Assembly (NCBI RefSeq): GCF_009914755.1 | Contig: NC_060933.1 | Length of the DNA stretch: 64,000 nucleotides | Direction: 5' to 3' (one strand) | From: the human T2T-CHM13v2.0 reference genome, Homo sapiens | In this document: piece after piece, positions 56,457 through 64,000 of the stretch | Numbering within the stretch: position 1 is the first letter of the stretch | Layout: each line of letters starts with the position of its first letter | Notes under the pieces: model-generated | Seen by the model: the letters and a program-made list of their open reading frames with translations, nothing else | Told to the model about the DNA's origin: nothing | Database searches by the model: none | Program-made: the position numbers and the translations under genes

Positions 56457-57840
56457 TAGTGAAGTAATAAGGTGGTAGAAAATAAACATATTATAACTTA
56501 CTACAAAATAAGGGCAATTTAGGGAAGGAGAAGCCACTGTCTGTTGGAACCAAAGTCTCATCCTCTTAATTATCCTGCTGTGTTTTCTCTATTCTAAAGG
56601 CAGGAAAGTTGCCCTCTTGCTCAGGCAGCCAAGGACATCCCAATTCATTTACCTCACCACACGTTTTTGCACCTCCTGTGATGACATAAATCCACTCACA
56701 GTTGTGGGAAGAGGTGGTGGTCCTTGGCAGAATGTGTTCTTGGCACAGGGGATTTGAGCTGAAATGTGTCCTGGTCATGCTGAGGTCCATCCAGTATGGC
56801 CATGCCAGTTTTGCTCCAACTCAACTTTTCCACATTCAGGTGACCCTGAAAGGATGCAAAAAGTTTGCTTTTGTTAAAAGTGCATTCTAAAAATCTAAAA
56901 GTGACACTCCAAAGCTATTGCTGCTTCTCCAGGGATGGCTAGAAATAAACATGCTCACTATCAGCTTTTTGAAAGTACCTTTGGGCCACATGGAGGAGCA
57001 GAACTGTTGTGTGGATTTTAACTTCGGTAACTGTATTTAAATTGCCATCCGGCCTTGCAGCCTGAGGAATTCCAGGAAGCATTGTGTGATTTCACACTTA
57101 AATTGGTAAAGTGAGGTTGCACATGAAAGCCTTCCTATCCCAGAACCTCACAACATGAACAGAGAATGAGCTATAATGGAAATGAGAGGAAAGAAGAGGC
57201 AGTGAAAGAAGGCAGGAGAAAGGACACCAGCACACATTTAAAATGAATTGTTTGATGAATAGGTGGCTCACCATTAAGCAGAACAACGAATTATCTAAAA
57301 ATATTCAAAACACAGCATGGTGCAGCTCCACATAGCTCTTCTCTTTGTGCTCCTGGCTGTGCTTGGAAAGAGCTAAGACGGTCCTGACCAGCTCATGTGA
57401 TCCCTGCACTGGGAGAAGTAACAGGAGAGGGGTGCGTGTGACCTTTTCCACACTCCTCATTCTATAGGAACAACAACCGCAAAACCAAAACACAACCCTC
57501 AGGGAGTCTATACTGGTGACTTCCTCAAGGGAGAAAACAGGGAAAAAAGGGAACAAAAGGGCCTACTTATCTTGAGTAATAAATTAAAAATTAGGGGAAT
57601 AGATTGTAGGTAAGAAATACACACAGAGAGAACATCTCAGAAAGGCCTTGTGGAGTCCTCTCACAGGGGCCCAGTCACCTTCCATCAAAGCCATTTTTGC
57701 TTCCAGGAGGGGCAATAGGTGTGGGGATGGAACAGTCAGGTGAGGGCAGGGATCAGTCCATTCAGCTGGAGAGAGGCTGCAGGTACAAGTTCCTACCCAG
57801 GAAGGAGGACATAACCTAAAGAAGGTAAAATGTCAAATCA

Positions 57841-59300
<1,460 letters not shown>

Positions 59301-60219
59301 TATGTTTTGGGGCCTACAGGGAATACAGGACAGAGAAATAGTTAAATAAGAGTATATGGAAAGATGGTGCAAAAGACATGGAGGACAAGTCAGAGAAGGA
59401 CTGACAAGTAGCACAACTTTTAACCTAATCCAGTACTCACTTTTCAAAACATATATTTGTTATTGTTGTTCTATACAGCTGTGTGTATCTGTATTACATA
59501 TACGTGGTAGAAATAATGTGAAAACCTTTAAAGCAAGCTGCATTGATGGAATTCACTGATATCCCTATGTTTCATGTGTTTCCAGTAGCTTGGTAACATT
59601 TGACTCTCCATTTGTTAAAAGAAGTCTCAAATCTTCTCCCAGCTCTTGCAATTGGTTCCATCACTTTTTTTTAGTAACCACCCTACTGCACTGAAACCAT
59701 CTTTAGCAAAATACAGAGTTGGAAATAGGGCTAAATAAGTAATTTAGCTTCTTTCCAAATGAGTAGGTGTGAAGATCTTAAATGCAAAATCTTTTCTAAC
59801 TATACTAGTTGAAAGATATTTTGGTCTCAAAGTCACTTATTTAACTTCCTGTAAATCATTAACATGTTTCTTTGGCCATTTTAAATGAATTAAAGATCAG
59901 GTCTAGTATATTAAGCTAATAGAAAGATTTAAATCAATTATTATACATTTTAAGTAATATTATAACCAATATATTTCCAAACAAAAACCATTAAGTGTAT
60001 CTTCATGCAATTCTCAGTGAACAAGTTTATGTACAATACACATATTGATAGCTCCTTTGAAGTATCTAATTTCCTTAGAACTTGGGAAGGATCTATTTAA
60101 CATTTTAAATGTGCCTGAGAAATATGTCCCATATTTTCTCAATAATTCAGCTTTAACATATAATTTTTAAGACAAATTTAAAAGTTATTCAACAGCAACA
60201 AAAAGTGAATAAGATCTTA

Positions 60220-60495
<276 letters not shown>

Positions 60496-61303
60496 AAGAT
60501 CCGTTTTTTAAGCATTCTCCTTAGCAGAGCTACTTCCTTTGCTATACAGAATAAGATATCCAAATACGTCTTTATTGTCACTGCAAGTTCATAAAATAAT
60601 CTGTCATTCGGAGGTGCATTTTCCATGCTACTGGGTGCACTAGCAACGCTGGAGATTCCTGTGACCTTTCACTAGGATTCTTGACATCTTTGTGTTGATG
60701 AGCATAAGTTAAGCAATTGCTTAAAAACCTGGTGCAGTTTTTTAAAGTCCTCCTGCAATCCACTCACCTCATTCTCCATGGCTGTTGTTCCATCTGCAGC
60801 AGAGGCGATGACTCTGAGAAATGCACTGTTTTAATAAATTTTAAGAGTTTCAGGCAATGGAAATGTGTTTATATTCATTGTCAGTAATTTTGAAAGTAAC
60901 ATTTCCTCTGTGGCTTTTCATCCCTTACAAATTTGACATATGCAAGCAGTAAACCTTCATTATCACCTGAGGTGTTTCTTTTTCTTCACTTACAATGCAA
61001 ATTTACTAAATGGCAGTACATTATTAAGTTGTATTTAAATCTTTCCCCACCTCAAAATTTTTTTGAAGCATGAAAGTTGCTTGTTGAAAAAGAAAACAAT
61101 TATCTCCTTGGAATTTATTTCCATTTAGTATTAATAATCATTCATACAGCTAATATGATAACTTTTCTCTAGTATTATATAGTTTGCCATATTTTACATT
61201 AATTTTTTACCTTAGTTTTACCTAAGAAGCAATGAAATATCTTCTTTCTTTCTGATCCAAAAATGCCTTCAATATTTTAGTTACATTATTACTTTTGTCA
61301 AAT

Positions 61304-61850
61304 TGTTACAGGAAAGGGGTTCTGGTCCAGACCCCAAGAGAGGGTTTCTGGATCTTACACAAGAAAGAATTCAGGGCAAGTCCATACAGTAAAGTGAAAG
61401 CAACTTTATTAGGAAAGTAAAAGAATAAAAGAATGGCTACTCCATAGAAACAGCAGCCCTGAAGGCTGCTTTGCCCATTTTTATGGTTATTTCTTGATTA
61501 TATCCTAAACAGGGGGTGGGTTATTCACGCCTCCCCTTTTTAGACCATATAGGGTAACCTCCCGGCGTTGCCATGGCATTTGTAAACTGTCATGGCGCTA
61601 GTAGGAATGTAGCAGTGAGGACAACCAGAGCTCACTCTCATCACCATCTTGGTTTTGGTGGGGGTTAGCCAGCTTCTTTACTGCAACCTGTTTCATCAGC
61701 AAGGTCTTTATGACCTATATCTTGTGCTCCTATCTCATCCTGTGACTTAGAATGCCTTAACTGTCTGGGAATGCAGCCCAATAGGTCTCAGCCTTATTTT
61801 ACCCAGCTCCTATTCAAGATAGAGTTGCTCTGGTTCAAACCTCTCTGACA
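61304..61850 (-). mobile_element. MER41 (MER41A-like) ERV1 solo LTR
   Basis: Reverse complement starts TGTCAGAGAGGTTTGAACCAGAGCAACTCTATCTTGAATAGGAGCTGGG; 547 bp; perfect TSD AAAT. Confidence 0.9.
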
Positions 61851-62559
61851 AAATCATGTCTTCATATCTTGTAAGTTCAATAGATATTTGACATCTCTCT
61901 TTATCAAAGTATTTTTGGAAAATGTTTGCCTAATTTATGGTTTTATTCTGTTTTTTCAAAATAAATTTTGAAACAAAATCACTACTGAGAATCTAACAAT
62001 GCTATTTGGTAATTTATTCTTATATTTAACATTTTAAATAAAATCTAAATTTGCATATTTTCCTGTATAGGTAGATCACCATAATCAGGAGAGTTACAAG
62101 TGCAAATTGATAAAGAGTGCTTTATCAGTAAGTCAAATACCAGGAATAAAATTCTTGATGACAGCATGCTTTTCCAAAATAATGGACAATTCTTGGTAAA
62201 GTGCCAAATAAAGCAATATGTAATTTTCCCTTAATTTCTATGGTAGATCCGTTTGTGTGACGTTCAACACATATTACAATTGTGTGAAAGCATCATACTT
62301 ACATGTAAAACGGGCCTCCGTCATTTTTTCAGCTTCATCATTTTCACTGAAACATTCAAAGTAAACTGGAACACAGCATGGTTTTCTAGGGTACAGAAAG
62401 GTATATCTCGATTTTGGAGAATTCTAGATGTGGACTGACTAAAAGTCCCAGTCCTCATTCTCTAAATGCTCAGAAAATTTCCAAAATTCCCTGAAGAGGA
62501 GATATTACCTCCTATGGGAACCACTGATATCTCACAACCACTCATATCTTTGCAACCTC

Positions 62560-62710
62560 AGAGTAACAGTGCTCCAGTTTACAAAAAGAAAACTGAGATT
62601 CAGAATGGGGAAAAAATGCCCTGTATAGTTACATAACTAATACATAGTAGAGATGGAATTAAAATTCAGGTCTGTGTACTTCAGAGACAAGCCTTTTCCA
62701 CTAGAACCTG
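62560..62710 (-). mobile_element. MIR fragment
   Basis: CCAGTTTACAAAAAGAAAACTGAGATTCAGA...GGAATTAAAATTCAGGTCTG. Confidence 0.65.
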
Positions 62711-63429
62711 CTGGTGCCAATCTCTTTTGATTAAATAAATAGGTGAATCCAAAATTAATAAATGGACTCATCATTTGGCCTTAAAGATCTTTTGCCATCC
62801 CAACCGCTCCTTGAAGGGAAGGAAATTGAGGCCCACACAGACTATTGCACTTTCTAATATGGGAAGTCTTGTCCACACTACAGTGACCATATTTCACAAA
62901 CCCAACATGTTTTCTTGGATGGACTTAAAGCCACTGGATACAAAAATCACTACTATTTTAATTGCACGACTCTTTATTGCTTCCTTGTATTTTGTGAACT
63001 GATAATGAGTCACAGTGATATTGCAGAATTGTGATTTTTTTTTTGGCTGTGAGGTTTGAAAAATTAAACAGGTTGAGGTTGAACTAATTTTGCTAATGTG
63101 ACCTTTTAATGTTTAAAAACTGCATAATTCCCCTCAAAAACAAGTTCCTCTTGCTTTTACTAGGAAAATGATACTGATAAAATATAAATTAAATCAACTT
63201 GATAGACAGACTGGGCAACTCAACACAAAACACCTAATTAATTGCCAACAATGAAGTTTCATGTGAAATATGATAAAATGACATAACACTGCATTTGAAA
63301 CAAGATAATTTCCAGAGAAAGATTTTAAAAGCAGTTTCTAACTGATAATGTGTGAAAAGTTAATTAAATGCAATCACTAATTATCATTATTGCCCCATTT
63401 AGAAGAAAGCATCAAGTACAAGAGTATTT

Positions 63430-63600
63430 TTCATATCTCCCTAATTTAATCCTTATGAAGCATATGTTACTTTTTCAATTTTACATATGAGATAAGTGAG
63501 GCTGAGAAAGTTAAAAGGAACTGTAGGATCAGGGATCGCAAAGCCAGTAGTGTCAGACATGATAATCCAATCCTGGTATGTTTTGCTCCAAAGGCTACAT
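63430..63600 (-). mobile_element. MIR fragment
   Basis: ATTTTACATATGAGATAAGTGAGGCTGAGAAAGTTAA. Confidence 0.6.
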
Positions 63601-64000
63601 CTCAAACTTACAATATGCTGTTTATTTATGGACAATGCAGCTCCAACGTGTGTGTTAAATGTGAACTAAAGAAGTTATAATATGTGTTATGCATTTATGT
63701 GGCCCAAATGTCCTTGTGTTAACCAAGCCATGGCTATAAAACAAAGCTATGCTTTTTTCTTATTAGTTCGAATTTTATTGAAGCAACCATGCACACGATT
63801 TTTTTAAAAAACACTAATAAAAACTGAATGGGAATTTTCTTACCTCTGCTGTGCTGAGGCATGAAGACAGTAGATGCATCATTTTAAAGCAGGGCCAAGA
63901 TGAAAAAGTTGGAAAATTGGTGTACTAGGAACCCTGCATTTCTCTCCTTAGCTTACCACTTCTTCCTATGCAAGAGGCTGGGCATGCTGCAAAAGGAAAG

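Overview
This is primate (human-like) nuclear DNA, intergenic or deep intronic. I can recognise no intact protein-coding gene, tRNA, rRNA, CpG island or CRISPR array, and I cannot name the locus from sequence alone. The window is dominated by transposable-element fossils. These include about 20 Alu loci (J, S and Y lineages, most with readable target-site duplications, TSDs), two ~1.5 kb 5'-truncated L1PA copies, and older L1M, L2 and MIR fragments. There are also solo LTRs (THE1, MLT1, MLT2, MER4-group, MER21, MER31, MER41, MER61) and DNA-transposon relics (Zaphod-like hAT, MER5A, MER6, MER30, MER63, Tigger3). Nearly all ORFs in the track are Alu/L1-derived or of chance length; the only ones with real protein homology are L1 ORF2 remnants. 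The most notable structures are: (1) a Zaphod-like hAT fossil whose degraded transposase dimerisation domain is missed by the ORF track and which holds an MLT2>THE1 nest; (2) a perfect 4x30-bp tandem array of palindromic units inside an old Tigger3; (3) a MER6 carrying a V-SINE core; (4) a ~195-bp duplication bracketing a MER21 LTR; (5) several aberrant Alu/L1 architectures. I found no convincing evidence for a previously undescribed biological system. Subfamily names come from recalled consensus sequences and need RepeatMasker/Dfam confirmation.
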